DNA of 64,000 bases from a virus (IMGVR_UViG_3300047159_000056:1-64000); one strand, 5' to 3'; numbered from the stretch's first letter, positions 51,363 through 61,725 are shown. The notes: generated by a model not told the origin, from the sequence alone. Numbers and translations are program-made.

Positions 51363-52055
51363 ATGACAGAATTAGAAAAATTTAAAGAGCGTTATGGTTT
51401 TAACACAGGTTCAGTAAAATGGTTACCTCAGGGTGGTGAATTATTGAAGTATATTGGTCAGGAGGTTATCTTGATTGAATATACAAAGAATGAGGACAGT
51501 AGTTGGTCTAGTTCTTACAGTCCAGTTCAGGTAAATTCTATTGATTCTTATGATCCAAAGACTAATACATATAAGATAGTTTATTCTTATAAGGACAAAC
51601 CTGAAGTAGATGAAGAGGAGAGAATTATTCCAGAGGGTTATAGATTTTTTCCTGGTGAGATGGTAGAGAATACGAATTATACTAATCAATTTATTCCAGA
51701 ATCTACTCACTTAAGATGTATTGAAGAAAGTGGGTTTTATTCTAGCCTAAGTTCTATGTGGTCGAGTAAGCCATCGGAGAACTTAGATAATATTAATAGT
51801 ATGATAAAGTCGAGTGATACGCAGAAGGGTGAGACTTTGATTAGAAGAATTCACTTAGCTGCAGTAATAAAGACATCTTCCAATGATATCTTATACTTTA
51901 GAATTATTAAGTTTAGGTATCGTACTAGGAAGGGAGGATTAGTTGAATTAGAGCTAAGGGATTCAGAGAATAACTTAGTAACTGCTACGGGTCAGAAGAA
52001 CAGTGTATCTTATAGATTATCTGGCATTGGAGAACTAAAAATTATATTATTATGA
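51363..52055 (+). CDS. hypothetical protein
   Basis: 230 aa. Confidence 0.75.
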   Translation: MTELEKFKERYGFNTGSVKWLPQGGELLKYIGQEVILIEYTKNEDSSWSSSYSPVQVNSIDSYDPKTNTYKIVYSYKDKPEVDEEERIIPEGYRFFPGEMVENTNYTNQFIPESTHLRCIEESGFYSSLSSMWSSKPSENLDNINSMIKSSDTQKGETLIRRIHLAAVIKTSSNDILYFRIIKFRYRTRKGGLVELELRDSENNLVTATGQKNSVSYRLSGIGELKIILL

Positions 52056-52202
52056 GAAAATTCACATCTAGTGACATTAAAGAAGACGACCAAGTATTAG
52101 AGGTTTTAAGAAAGAGTTTAAGAAGCATATAGCAAGAATAGGAGGACTTAGTCATTGGGATAAGATAGCACCTCCTGATATGTCTGTACTGCTATTAAAG
52201 AA

Positions 52203-52721
52203 ATGATAGTAGCTATAGATTCATACTATTACAGTGACACCGATTGTTATACAGTTGGTGTCCTGTTTTCCAAGTGGGAGCAATCTAAGCCAAGTAGGAT
52301 TATATCTTGTCATACTTCTGAATTTGCTCCATATTGTCCTGGTAAGTTTTATACAAGGGAGTTACCTGGTATACTTAACCTAATGAAGAGGAAAGAGGTA
52401 GAGGGAATTGATACTATTGTCTTAGATTCTTTCTTAAGTCTGAAGGATAATGATGGTAGTATTAAGGAGGGTCTTGGTTGTCATTTAAGGGAGTATTTTC
52501 CTAGTATATCTTTAATTGGTGTAGCTAAGTCTGAGTATTGTTTATCCAGGGACATTAGTATTCCTGTTATTAGAGGTTTAGCTAGAAATCCTTTATGGGT
52601 TCAGGGTATGGGAGAGTACAATAATAGTTTAGCGGCTAGTTGTATTAAGAGTATGTTTGGGGATTATAGAATACCGGATCTCTTAAAAATTCTAGATAAG
52701 GAGACTAAGAAATATAGATAG
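52203..52721 (+). CDS. nfi: endonuclease V
   Basis: AIDSYY, YCPGKFYTRELP, IVLDS, GLG.HL, IGVAKS, YRIPDLL..D. Confidence 0.88.
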   Translation: MIVAIDSYYYSDTDCYTVGVLFSKWEQSKPSRIISCHTSEFAPYCPGKFYTRELPGILNLMKRKEVEGIDTIVLDSFLSLKDNDGSIKEGLGCHLREYFPSISLIGVAKSEYCLSRDISIPVIRGLARNPLWVQGMGEYNNSLAASCIKSMFGDYRIPDLLKILDKETKKYR

Positions 52722-52795
52722 TAAGAGGGGAGAAGACATTTTATAGTTTTCTCCTTTCTTTTCCTTATTTATGTAATGAAAAATAAATTTAAGAA

Positions 52796-53845
52796 ATGGA
52801 TAAATTATTAGAGTTAAGTGACATTACATTGTGTCCTTCCCCAACAAATGAGGGAAGATTTGGAAGTGCAGCAAATAATTATACTGTACTAGATATGACA
52901 GATAATAGTGGAATTGTTGGTACTCTTCCCATATTTACCAGTCCTATAGAATCAGTTGTTGGAATAAATAGCTGTGAATTATGGATTAAGAATGGGATTA
53001 GACCGATTATACCAAGGACCGAATCAGTTGAAAATAGATTGAAGTGGTGTGTTTGGATATTTTCTGCTTTTAGTTTGTCAGAATTAAAGAGGTTATTTTT
53101 GGATCAGGATAGGAGAAATCTAGGTCCAAAGATTCATATAATGGTTGACGGATCTAATGGTCATAGTATAGAGATAATTGGTATGTGTAAATGTTTAAGA
53201 GACAAATATGGGGATCAATTAATTATTATGGCAGGGAATGTAGAAAATCCTGATGCTTATGGTGTATATAGTGAAGCTGGTATTGATTATATGAGAGTAG
53301 GAAGAACTACGGGTGCTGTCCTAGATAGATCAAAGTATGGATTTCATTATCCCCTAGCTTCATTACTTCTTAAGTTACAGGAGTTTAGAAATCCCGACTT
53401 GCATGGTAAATTCTCAAAATGTAGGCCAGTAAAGATTATAGCTGATGGAGGTATAGGTAGTATGTCTGATGTTATGAAAGCTATGGCCTTAGGAGCAGAT
53501 TATGTTATGATAGGAAGGGAATTTGCTAGAATAATAGAGGCAGAGGGTTTAATATATGCCAGGTCAAAGAATCCGACTAGTGGAGAATTTGAATTAAATG
53601 AAGTAGATAAGCAGGATAGATATTATGAGTCTTCTGGTTATGAGGCCGCATGTAATGGTTTTTGCAGGTCTTATAGAGGAGGAAGAAAAGATAAAACTGC
53701 TGCTTCCTGGAATTGGGTAGACATTAATATATCCATGAAAGAGTGGGTAGATGAATTTAAGAACTGTGTTAATTATGGTTTTATGATGTCTAATACAAAG
53801 AACTGGGAGGATTTTAAGAAGAATACAATTTATGTTAGATCCTAA
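52796..53845 (+). CDS. IMPDH/GMP reductase-fold protein
   Basis: VDGSNGHS, IMAGNV, IIADGGI, KAMALGADYVMIG. Confidence 0.82.
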   Translation: MDKLLELSDITLCPSPTNEGRFGSAANNYTVLDMTDNSGIVGTLPIFTSPIESVVGINSCELWIKNGIRPIIPRTESVENRLKWCVWIFSAFSLSELKRLFLDQDRRNLGPKIHIMVDGSNGHSIEIIGMCKCLRDKYGDQLIIMAGNVENPDAYGVYSEAGIDYMRVGRTTGAVLDRSKYGFHYPLASLLLKLQEFRNPDLHGKFSKCRPVKIIADGGIGSMSDVMKAMALGADYVMIGREFARIIEAEGLIYARSKNPTSGEFELNEVDKQDRYYESSGYEAACNGFCRSYRGGRKDKTAASWNWVDINISMKEWVDEFKNCVNYGFMMSNTKNWEDFKKNTIYVRS

Positions 53846-53891
53846 GAAAACCGGTAATGATATAATTTATAGTCTCGGGGGAGGATATTTA

Positions 53892-54753
53892 AGTCTCCCC
53901 CGAAATTTTTTATGATGCTAAGATAATAGAAACCCCATCCAATATATCTGCTGTCTATAGGTTCTCAACTATATATAGGATTGAAGTAACCGGGACAGAT
54001 AAGATAATTATATTTATTGGTAAGCGTAATTATAGTGAACAGGATATTTTAAAAATTGTAAGGTCTTATATTAATCAAGACTTAAGAATTATAGTTCGTT
54101 TAACTGGTAGATATAAGAAGATGGTGCCTAAGAATTTTGGTAAGTCTTATTTAATTAAGAGAGAAGAATATGAAACCTATAAAGAGGGATATAATGAAGG
54201 ATTTCTCACCAACAGTTTTATTAAGTGTTGGCCTATTGTAGAAAAAGAAGAATACTTAGTTGTGTTTGGACTTGGTGATTCTATTTTTGATTTTATATGA
54301 AGAAGAACGTTATTTGTGAATCTGATGGCAGTTACTTAGATCTTTCTAGAATTTTTTATAGTGCTGAGATAACAAGTTCGCTTTAAAGATTTTGATTCAG
54401 TTCATTTATTTCCAACTATATTTAGATTTGAAATATCGGAAACAGATAAAATTGTTATTTTTATTAGTAAGAATAACTATAAAGAAGAAGATATTTTAAA
54501 GAAGATAATGTCTTATGTTAATCAAGACCTATCTATTTTGAATATCCTAGTTTATAATAGATATAAGAAAATGGTTCATAAGGATATTTGTAATTCTTAT
54601 CGTGTCAAAGAAAAAGAATATTATTTTTATGAAGAAAAGCATAACACTGCATTTATCGATAATAATCTTATTTATTGTTGGACTATTGTAGAAAAAGAGG
54701 AATACTTAGTTATGTTTAGATCAGGTGATACATATTTTTGGGAGTTATTATGA
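53892..54753 (+). pseudogene. two tandem paralogous genes, fragmented by frameshifts
   Basis: Repeated SY(I/V)NQDL...CW.IVEKEEYLV.F motifs at ~54060-54270 and 54508-54720. Confidence 0.55.
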
Positions 54754-55316
54754 AGAAGATAATTTTTTACGAGATATTTTATTTTTCTAGTAATTATTAT
54801 GCTAGAAGTGTTCATTTTCTTTATGCTCAATTTAGATTAGACAGAAGATTATGGGTAGCTATAAGTTTCTCTTCTGATTTTAAAGATAAACCTAAGATGT
54901 TTAGTAAGAATATCATCCATAATTCTTTAACATATAGGAAGGATAAAATTTCCAAAAATAGAATGTGGCCTTTATATTATTACATATGTGAATATAAATA
55001 TGAGCTCTTAATTTCCCCGGCGATTAGGTCAGTAATAGAACATCCCGACTCATATCGTACTAGGTGGACTAATAAGATATGGATTAGTAAGACATATACT
55101 GTACCAATTAAGACTGTAGAAAAATATCTCTTAAGAGAAATAAGATCTTTACATCTTATTGAGTTTGCTACATCTAATACTACCGATAGAGCATATGATT
55201 TTTTAAAACATATCTTAGAAGATAAATATAAGAGTAGATATCAGGGAGTCTATATTTTATCAAAGACTGAGAAGAAAGTAACACAAGGGAGGAGAAGAAT
55301 ATATAAACCCCCTTAA
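54750..55316 (+). CDS. hypothetical protein
   Basis: ~188 aa from the ATGA-coupled MKKIIF start. Confidence 0.65.
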   Translation: MKKIIFYEIFYFSSNYYARSVHFLYAQFRLDRRLWVAISFSSDFKDKPKMFSKNIIHNSLTYRKDKISKNRMWPLYYYICEYKYELLISPAIRSVIEHPDSYRTRWTNKIWISKTYTVPIKTVEKYLLREIRSLHLIEFATSNTTDRAYDFLKHILEDKYKSRYQGVYILSKTEKKVTQGRRRIYKPP

Positions 55317-55363
55317 GCTTAGAATTAATTAAAGTTCTAAGCTTTCTTTTCCTTATTCTTGAT

Positions 55364-55792
55364 ATGAAAAAATTATATAAGTTATTTTTGAAAATGAAAA
55401 TAAAAAAGAAAGAAGAACCGCCAAAGGAAGTTTCAGGGAGTATCCTAGTAAAGTATCCTTGTAGTATGATTGGCAGAAAGGTATCATTCTATATAGATGG
55501 GAATAAAGCTCCTACTGGAATTATTATATCTGATCACTTAACGGAAGATTATAAGGGAAGGTGTTTTGATATAGAGTCACTAGGAAAGATATATAAGTCT
55601 ATTTCTGAGGAAAATATAGTCCTAGCTAGTAAAGAAGATTTTGATATCTTAACTAGTGGGAATAATAATTACTTAGACTTATTAGATAATGTAAGAGGCT
55701 ATTGCAATAATCAATGTTTGATGGATTGTAGTAAGTCTTGTAACCTATATAAATTTAAAAAGCACAATGATTTACAAGTGGAACGAAACTAA
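55364..55792 (+). CDS. hypothetical protein with C-terminal Cys4 cluster
   Basis: CNNQCLMDCSKSC. Confidence 0.72.
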   Translation: MKKLYKLFLKMKIKKKEEPPKEVSGSILVKYPCSMIGRKVSFYIDGNKAPTGIIISDHLTEDYKGRCFDIESLGKIYKSISEENIVLASKEDFDILTSGNNNYLDLLDNVRGYCNNQCLMDCSKSCNLYKFKKHNDLQVERN

Positions 55793-56528
55793 TCTTGAGA
55801 ATTTTTTAGAAGTCTTGAGAGGTTACTTAAGGGGAGATAGTTTTTCTAAGAATAAAATCTTGGAAGTACAGGATCTAAAGTATATCAGGGCTAGGCATGA
55901 TTTGTCTATGATGCCTGAGTTAATTAGTAAGGAACATTCATTTCCACTTGATTATTGTAGATTTTTTATAAGTAGTGGTATAGATCTTGACCCTTATATA
56001 GATCCGAATGATTCTTTTAAGAAAACAGCGGATTATATAGCAAATTTTTTTATGGAACAGGTAGGAGATAAAGTGGATTCGACTGATAAAGCTTGTGTTT
56101 GTAGATTTTCGGTAGATAATAGATTTCTTAGTATTAAACCTCTATATTATGATGCAATAGTCAGAATGGATGAAAGTTTAATAGATGTATATGTAGATAT
56201 TATTAGTTCATTAGATTTTGGAGAGAAGCCAACAACTGATACGATAAAAAGTATTGTCAAAATTATTGGTAAGTTACCTAAGAATATAAATACTTATTGG
56301 TTTACAAAAGATAAAGATGGTAATCGAATTATTCCTGAGTTATCTGTTCGTACGGAAGAAGATATCAAGAATAAAATGGTTAGATACAGAACTATAGATT
56401 TTGAACCAACCTGGAGAAGAATAGTAGAGGATAGGATTAATGAAGTACCTGATGCTATGGAAGAATTAGCGAAAGATGATCTAAAACCAGAACAAATAAA
56501 AATAGTTTATGAAGGAGGATTAATATGA
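55767..56528 (+). CDS. hypothetical protein
   Basis: 253 aa, coupled to the TelA-like gene. Confidence 0.75.
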   Translation: MIYKWNETNLENFLEVLRGYLRGDSFSKNKILEVQDLKYIRARHDLSMMPELISKEHSFPLDYCRFFISSGIDLDPYIDPNDSFKKTADYIANFFMEQVGDKVDSTDKACVCRFSVDNRFLSIKPLYYDAIVRMDESLIDVYVDIISSLDFGEKPTTDTIKSIVKIIGKLPKNINTYWFTKDKDGNRIIPELSVRTEEDIKNKMVRYRTIDFEPTWRRIVEDRINEVPDAMEELAKDDLKPEQIKIVYEGGLI

Positions 56529-57622
56529 AAAATACTGATCTAGTTAATACAAAAAATAGTTGGACTAAAGATGAGATAGATTCTTTTGAAGAAATAACAA
56601 AGGACTTATGTGTAGAGGATCCGAATTCTATATTAAATTATGGATCAGATCTTAGAAATGCTGCAGAACAAGCGGCAGATTCACTCTTAAAGACAACTAA
56701 TTCTGGGGATTCTGGAGATATTGGTGTAAGTCTTAATAATCTTCTCTCTAGACTAGGTTCTATTAAATTTGATGATCCAGGTCAGACAAGTAAGTGGAAG
56801 AGAAGTTTATGTAAGAGGGTCCCATTTCTAAAGTCCATTATAGTCAATTATAAGAAGCTAGTTTCCCAGTATGAATCTGTAGGAACTATCTTTGACAATA
56901 TAAAGGAGGATGTAAGATCTATTAAGCTAGAGACTATGGAAGCTAATAACTCTTTGAAGGTTATGTATGATTCTAGTGAGGCTTATAAGAATGAGATAGA
57001 TAAATTAGTAGAGGCTGGAGAATATAAGCTATCTAAGTTTAGGGAAGAATTAAAAAATTATAGTCCTGAGTCTAGAGAGTATCAGAGTATCTTAATGTTT
57101 TGTAATTCTCTTGAGAGGGATCTGCAAACAAAGAAGTCTCAGTCTTTCTCTCTAACAAATACTATGAAGCTTATTATAATTATGTCTGGGGATAATCAGA
57201 TGGTATGTCAGAAAGCAGATAGAATAATGTCTGTTACTATACCTGATATGAAGAACCAGGCTAATGTTGCTATTCGGGCTATTAAGTTAACCTATTGTAG
57301 TGATGTAATAGAGGGGATTGATGGAACAGCTGAAAAGTTATTAAAAGAAACTACTCAGAATGTTCATGATGTATCTGTTAAATTAGCTAAACAAAATATG
57401 AGTGAAGATATTAATACTTCTACTCTCTTGGAAGCTATGAAGACAACCTCATCAACTGTAGAAGAGATGTTGAAGATATTTAGAGAAGATAATAAAAAGT
57501 CTGCTGAGAATCTTAAGCTCTTAGAAGTTGAACAGCGAAGAATGAATAACAATATAATTAGCACAAAAGAACAGGCTAAATTGTTAGAAGATAGAAAACC
57601 AAAACATGGATTCATCGATTAG
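56525..57622 (+). CDS. toxic anion resistance protein TelA-like
   Basis: NSILNYGSD, DIGVSLNNLL, long coiled coil, MSVTIPDMKNQ. Confidence 0.72.
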   Translation: MKNTDLVNTKNSWTKDEIDSFEEITKDLCVEDPNSILNYGSDLRNAAEQAADSLLKTTNSGDSGDIGVSLNNLLSRLGSIKFDDPGQTSKWKRSLCKRVPFLKSIIVNYKKLVSQYESVGTIFDNIKEDVRSIKLETMEANNSLKVMYDSSEAYKNEIDKLVEAGEYKLSKFREELKNYSPESREYQSILMFCNSLERDLQTKKSQSFSLTNTMKLIIIMSGDNQMVCQKADRIMSVTIPDMKNQANVAIRAIKLTYCSDVIEGIDGTAEKLLKETTQNVHDVSVKLAKQNMSEDINTSTLLEAMKTTSSTVEEMLKIFREDNKKSAENLKLLEVEQRRMNNNIISTKEQAKLLEDRKPKHGFID

Positions 57623-58559
57623 TTACAGTCTTAATAGATTTGGGAACCTAATAACTGTATATGATATTGGGGGAGAGAGTTATAAGCTAGAATTATACTC
57701 TCCCCATTTCCCCACTAAGTCATCAGATATTATACCAGTTTATGAGTCAAAGGCAGATTTCTTTGTCCCAGGTAGAATATATAGTGTTGGTCTTAGTAGA
57801 TATGAGTTTACCAAGAGAATATATATAAAAGAAAATTATAGTTCCTTAGTATTTTTAGATATAGATCAAATAGATACAGACAAAAAGATTTACCTTGGGG
57901 AAGAAGATTGTAAGAAATATGGTATACCCAGTAATGGAAAGTACTTAGTATTATCACAAAACTTAGGTTGGGTAGATTCGGGTCTTAGTTTTGATCCTAC
58001 TACAGCAAACCTAGTAGATTATCCTGGGTCTAGTAGTGAAATAAAAGAAATGACACTCTTATTACAGGGCTTTACTAGATATGAAAAGGATCCTAGTATA
58101 ATTAGAACTCCAAGTGGTTCATTAATACCACAAGAGATTTTAATGTTTACTATGTCCCTGAGTCTAGGACATTCTATTCCGAGTATCTTAGGTTATCATG
58201 GTTTTAAGAAGGAAGAAAGATTAACTTATTCTTTCTGTAATTCTGATAACGAATCTATAGTAGAACTAGGTGGAGGAATAAAGATCCTAGTTAGTTTTAA
58301 AGATAAAGAAGAACAAGGAATTTCTAGAATATCGCTGAATGGATTAACAGCTAGTGAATTATTTGAGATTACCTGGGATGATTACTTGGGAAAAGCAGAT
58401 ATAGTTCATACAATATCTAGGACAAAGCCTCTTAGAATATTAGGGGCTTTTATAAATAAAGAGGGTCGTTATTGGGTTAATCCTGAGATATCTAGAACAA
58501 TCTTAGACTCACCAAATACTCTAGAACTGTGTGATTCTACTAAGTGGGTAGGAATATGA
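57606..58559 (+). CDS. hypothetical protein
   Basis: 317 aa. Confidence 0.75.
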   Translation: MDSSISYSLNRFGNLITVYDIGGESYKLELYSPHFPTKSSDIIPVYESKADFFVPGRIYSVGLSRYEFTKRIYIKENYSSLVFLDIDQIDTDKKIYLGEEDCKKYGIPSNGKYLVLSQNLGWVDSGLSFDPTTANLVDYPGSSSEIKEMTLLLQGFTRYEKDPSIIRTPSGSLIPQEILMFTMSLSLGHSIPSILGYHGFKKEERLTYSFCNSDNESIVELGGGIKILVSFKDKEEQGISRISLNGLTASELFEITWDDYLGKADIVHTISRTKPLRILGAFINKEGRYWVNPEISRTILDSPNTLELCDSTKWVGI

Positions 58560-58602
58560 TAAAACCCTTATATATAGAAGAGAAAATAAAAAAGATTCTT
58601 AT

Positions 58603-58959
58603 ATGAAAGTAGGATATAAAGAGTATGAAAAGGTCCTTATGGAATTGGGAAATTACATGGACCAAGTCATCATGAGTGGTGGTGACAGTAGAAGATACTC
58701 CGTGAAATTGGCGTTGAGTCATGTATTAGGCGGAGTAAAAAAAGTAGGTTCTCCCAAAGATGCTTACGGTGCTTCAATGATAAGTTACCTAGTTAAGAAT
58801 TGGGAGACAGATTGGAAGAAATGCGCTACTCTTGTAATAGTGTGGCGTGTTACAAATTTTAAAAAGGAGGATCTCTTAATTGAGGTATCTCCTACAGTTA
58901 AAATATTCTTTAGCAAAAATATGAGAGCTAGAGATATTTTAAAGCTACTAGGGTTATAG
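58603..58959 (+). CDS. hypothetical protein
   Basis: 118 aa with promoter and terminator. Confidence 0.72.
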   Translation: MKVGYKEYEKVLMELGNYMDQVIMSGGDSRRYSVKLALSHVLGGVKKVGSPKDAYGASMISYLVKNWETDWKKCATLVIVWRVTNFKKEDLLIEVSPTVKIFFSKNMRARDILKLLGL

Positions 58960-58985
58960 TTAAAAAGCTATATCCTAGTTTTTTC

Positions 58986-59026
58986 TGCCATTTTGTCAGT
59001 ACCCCAGTTATGGTATATTAATTGCT
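58986..59026 (+). promoter_or_regulatory. sigma54-type -24/-12 promoter with an upstream imperfect palindrome
   Basis: TGGTAT-ATTAA-TTGCT (GG-N10-GC) at 59011-59026; TGCCA-TTT-TGTCA at 58986-58998. Confidence 0.55.
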
Positions 59027-59086
59027 TATATCCTAGTAGAAAGAAGTAATGGACTGCTTCTAGAACTAATAAAATATATAAACACT

Positions 59087-59356
59087 ATGATACAGGAGAA
59101 TGATAAAGATTATAAGATTACGTTTGATGCACTTGGACTTGGAAAAGAAGACATTAACGTTGAGGTAGATGGAGATAAGATTATTGTTACATCTGAGAAG
59201 AAGGATTATTTTAATAGTCTAAATTACAGGAGAGTTGTTTGGTTGAGTGATGATACTGATAAAGAGAATATTAGTGCAACATGTGATAAAGGGCTTCTAA
59301 CAATTACAGTTCCAAAGAAAAAAGATAAACAGAGGAGAAGGATTGAAGTTGAGTAG
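59087..59356 (+). CDS. Hsp20/alpha-crystallin small heat shock protein
   Basis: GLGKEDINVEVDGD...ISATCDKGLLTITVPK...RRIEVE. Confidence 0.9.
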   Translation: MIQENDKDYKITFDALGLGKEDINVEVDGDKIIVTSEKKDYFNSLNYRRVVWLSDDTDKENISATCDKGLLTITVPKKKDKQRRRIEVE

Positions 59357-59406
59357 AAAAAAAATAAAGGGAGAGATCTAAAGCGGTCTCTCCTTTTTTT
59401 ATGTCC

Positions 59407-59985
59407 TTATATTCTAAAGTATTTTAAGAAAAATGTTGTGTCTATTATAGTTATCTCATTTTTCTTAGCTGCATTAATTTTTGCTTCCCCAGGTGAATCT
59501 CCCATTAGTAGAAGGTTAGTATCTTTTCTTATATTCACAGTGTATCTTATTCCATGACTTTCGAATATCTTAATGTATTTTTCTCTAGTTGTACTTAGAG
59601 TTCCAGTTATGCAAATTACAGCTTCTCCTGGTTCTTTTGGGTCAGGTAAATATTCCATCATAAGTGTTTCTGACTTATCAAATTCTCTATAATAGCCACT
59701 AGAGATTATATCACCTCTATCTGTTTTAAATATCCAACTTCTTATATAATATTCTTCTTCAAATCCACAGTCTAATAATTCAAGATATGTTATAGTAATA
59801 ATAAATTTATTTCCATTACCTAATTCTACTATGGTATTATCCGGTGAATCTGGATCATCACTAAGTATTACAGTTGGACTAGTTCTAATTACATTAACTG
59901 GCAGTTCTTTATCCAGTTTACATACAACTTGATGAAACTTTAAGAATGTCTCATCTTTATTTTTTGCATTATTAATCAGATTCAT
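59407..59985 (-). CDS. protein with C-terminal BRCT domain
   Basis: ICITGTLSTTRE...KDTNLLLMGDSPGEAKINAAKKNEITII. Confidence 0.8.
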   Translation of the reverse strand: MNLINNAKNKDETFLKFHQVVCKLDKELPVNVIRTSPTVILSDDPDSPDNTIVELGNGNKFIITITYLELLDCGFEEEYYIRSWIFKTDRGDIISSGYYREFDKSETLMMEYLPDPKEPGEAVICITGTLSTTREKYIKIFESHGIRYTVNIRKDTNLLLMGDSPGEAKINAAKKNEITIIDTTFFLKYFRI

Positions 59986-60250
59986 AATTTTCTATTAACC
60001 ATTTTTCAAGTCCGTCCACATCTAGTCCTGCCTCTAGTTCATAGTAACAGTCCTTATCGTGTCTATCTGTGTAACCTATTATGTTTATCTTTCCGTTATA
60101 GTTTATAATAACCTCTAAATTTCGTCCGCCTACTACTATGCAAAAGTAAGTTAGGCCAATTTCATTTAGACCATAATTATCAACTAGGATTTTTTCAGTT
60201 AGTCCTATATCTTTCTCCATATAATCAAATAGTTCTTTCCGTGTCATCAT
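59972..60250 (-). CDS. hypothetical protein
   Basis: 92 aa in a coupled operon. Confidence 0.7.
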   Translation of the reverse strand: MMTRKELFDYMEKDIGLTEKILVDNYGLNEIGLTYFCIVVGGRNLEVIINYNGKINIIGYTDRHDKDCYYELEAGLDVDGLEKWLIENYESD

Positions 60251-60615
60251 ACTTCTAGAGAAAATATAGCATCTTCTATGGTTGTATAGTTCCCAATTAC
60301 TTTACTAGTATTTATAAGTGTTTCTAATTTTGTAAGATCTGGAATATAGCCATCAAACATAACTAATTTTATTTCTCCCTTTACTAGACAATATACACTC
60401 TTGTAACAGCTTTTTTCAGTTACTAAGATTATTGGACTATCTGTTTTCCCATCATTTAATTCTAGGACTACAGGGAATAATAGTTTTGGAATAGTTAATG
60501 TTTTATCCACTATAAAATCTCCATAACTATCTTCTACTACTCTTCCACCTCTTTTAGATAAGAAGGCAAAAGATTGTTTTAGATAATAACCTTCTAAACG
60601 ATCAATTGTATTCAT
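60247..60615 (-). CDS. hypothetical protein
   Basis: 122 aa in a coupled operon. Confidence 0.7.
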   Translation of the reverse strand: MNTIDRLEGYYLKQSFAFLSKRGGRVVEDSYGDFIVDKTLTIPKLLFPVVLELNDGKTDSPIILVTEKSCYKSVYCLVKGEIKLVMFDGYIPDLTKLETLINTSKVIGNYTTIEDAIFSLEV

Positions 60616-60914
60616 TCTGGTTTATATATTAGACTAAATTGTTTTGGTGTTAGACTAAATATTTTTCCTCCACCAATACATATAATTGAATCTCTACTAG
60701 AAGCTTTTACCAATGATCCTACTCCTCCTGAATCTTTTATATCATATCCTCCATTGCTAAATTCAGACATCTCAAGATATTTATTTCCTTCTCCGTCTAT
60801 AAATTTAACTTTAGCTAGATCAGATAACCATTCAGGAACCACATTGCCTCTTATCCAGATATTTACTTGTTCTGGAAATAGGTCGTTTTTTCCTCTCTGT
60901 TTATAGTTTTCCAT
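60612..60914 (-). CDS. hypothetical protein
   Basis: 100 aa in a coupled operon. Confidence 0.7.
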   Translation of the reverse strand: MENYKQRGKNDLFPEQVNIWIRGNVVPEWLSDLAKVKFIDGEGNKYLEMSEFSNGGYDIKDSGGVGSLVKASSRDSIICIGGGKIFSLTPKQFSLIYKPE

Positions 60915-61602
60915 TATTATTAAGTTTTACTTTCTCTAAATAATTAATTCCCATATCCATTATTAAGGAAGCCACTACATCTTTTATACTGGATCCCTTG
61001 AATGTATTTAGATATTTAGAGATATTAGGATTTTCTAGCCACTTAGTAACAATTATATCTTTAAAGAATAGAACATCACTCTTAGAAGAATGAGTTGCAT
61101 ATTGATTATTACTATCTTCAATTTCTTTATATCCTCCCCACCAAGTTTTCTTATATTTTATTTTATACATTGAATATAGATCTTCTGGTGACTTTCTATA
61201 AATATTCATAATAGGACTAGCTATAGTATTTGCAGTCCATATTATAGATTCTGAATTAACTCTAGATATTTCACTTAAGGAGCTTATATTCCAATCTTCT
61301 AAGACTAAGTAAGATATATAGGTTTTCCATATTTCTCTACTATATTCTAAGACATCAAACATAGCTTCTCCAGAATTTTTAGAGCTAACTATATAACCCA
61401 TACCATTATAGAGAGATGTAAATTTATCTTGATTTATTCCTGTTTGTCTTGAATCAAATATAAAGAAGACATCTGTATCTTTTGCAAGTAGGTCTATAGA
61501 ATCATGTACTACTTTGGATTTAGGATATTCTTTTCCAACATATATCATTGTTAAGATAATATGTTTTGGTTGTCTTAATAAATAAATTGCATTCTTATTC
61601 AT
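60901..61602 (-). CDS. hypothetical protein
   Basis: 233 aa; promoter at ~61628-61638. Confidence 0.75.
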   Translation of the reverse strand: MNKNAIYLLRQPKHIILTMIYVGKEYPKSKVVHDSIDLLAKDTDVFFIFDSRQTGINQDKFTSLYNGMGYIVSSKNSGEAMFDVLEYSREIWKTYISYLVLEDWNISSLSEISRVNSESIIWTANTIASPIMNIYRKSPEDLYSMYKIKYKKTWWGGYKEIEDSNNQYATHSSKSDVLFFKDIIVTKWLENPNISKYLNTFKGSSIKDVVASLIMDMGINYLEKVKLNNNGKL

Positions 61603-61725
61603 ACTGTTTCTTTTTATTATTATTTACCACATATAAGGAACCCAAAACTACTTAAGTGTAAAAAGTCAAATTTGTAGTAACTTGATTCCTTAATTTTGAA
61701 TGAATAAAATAATAAATAAAAACTT

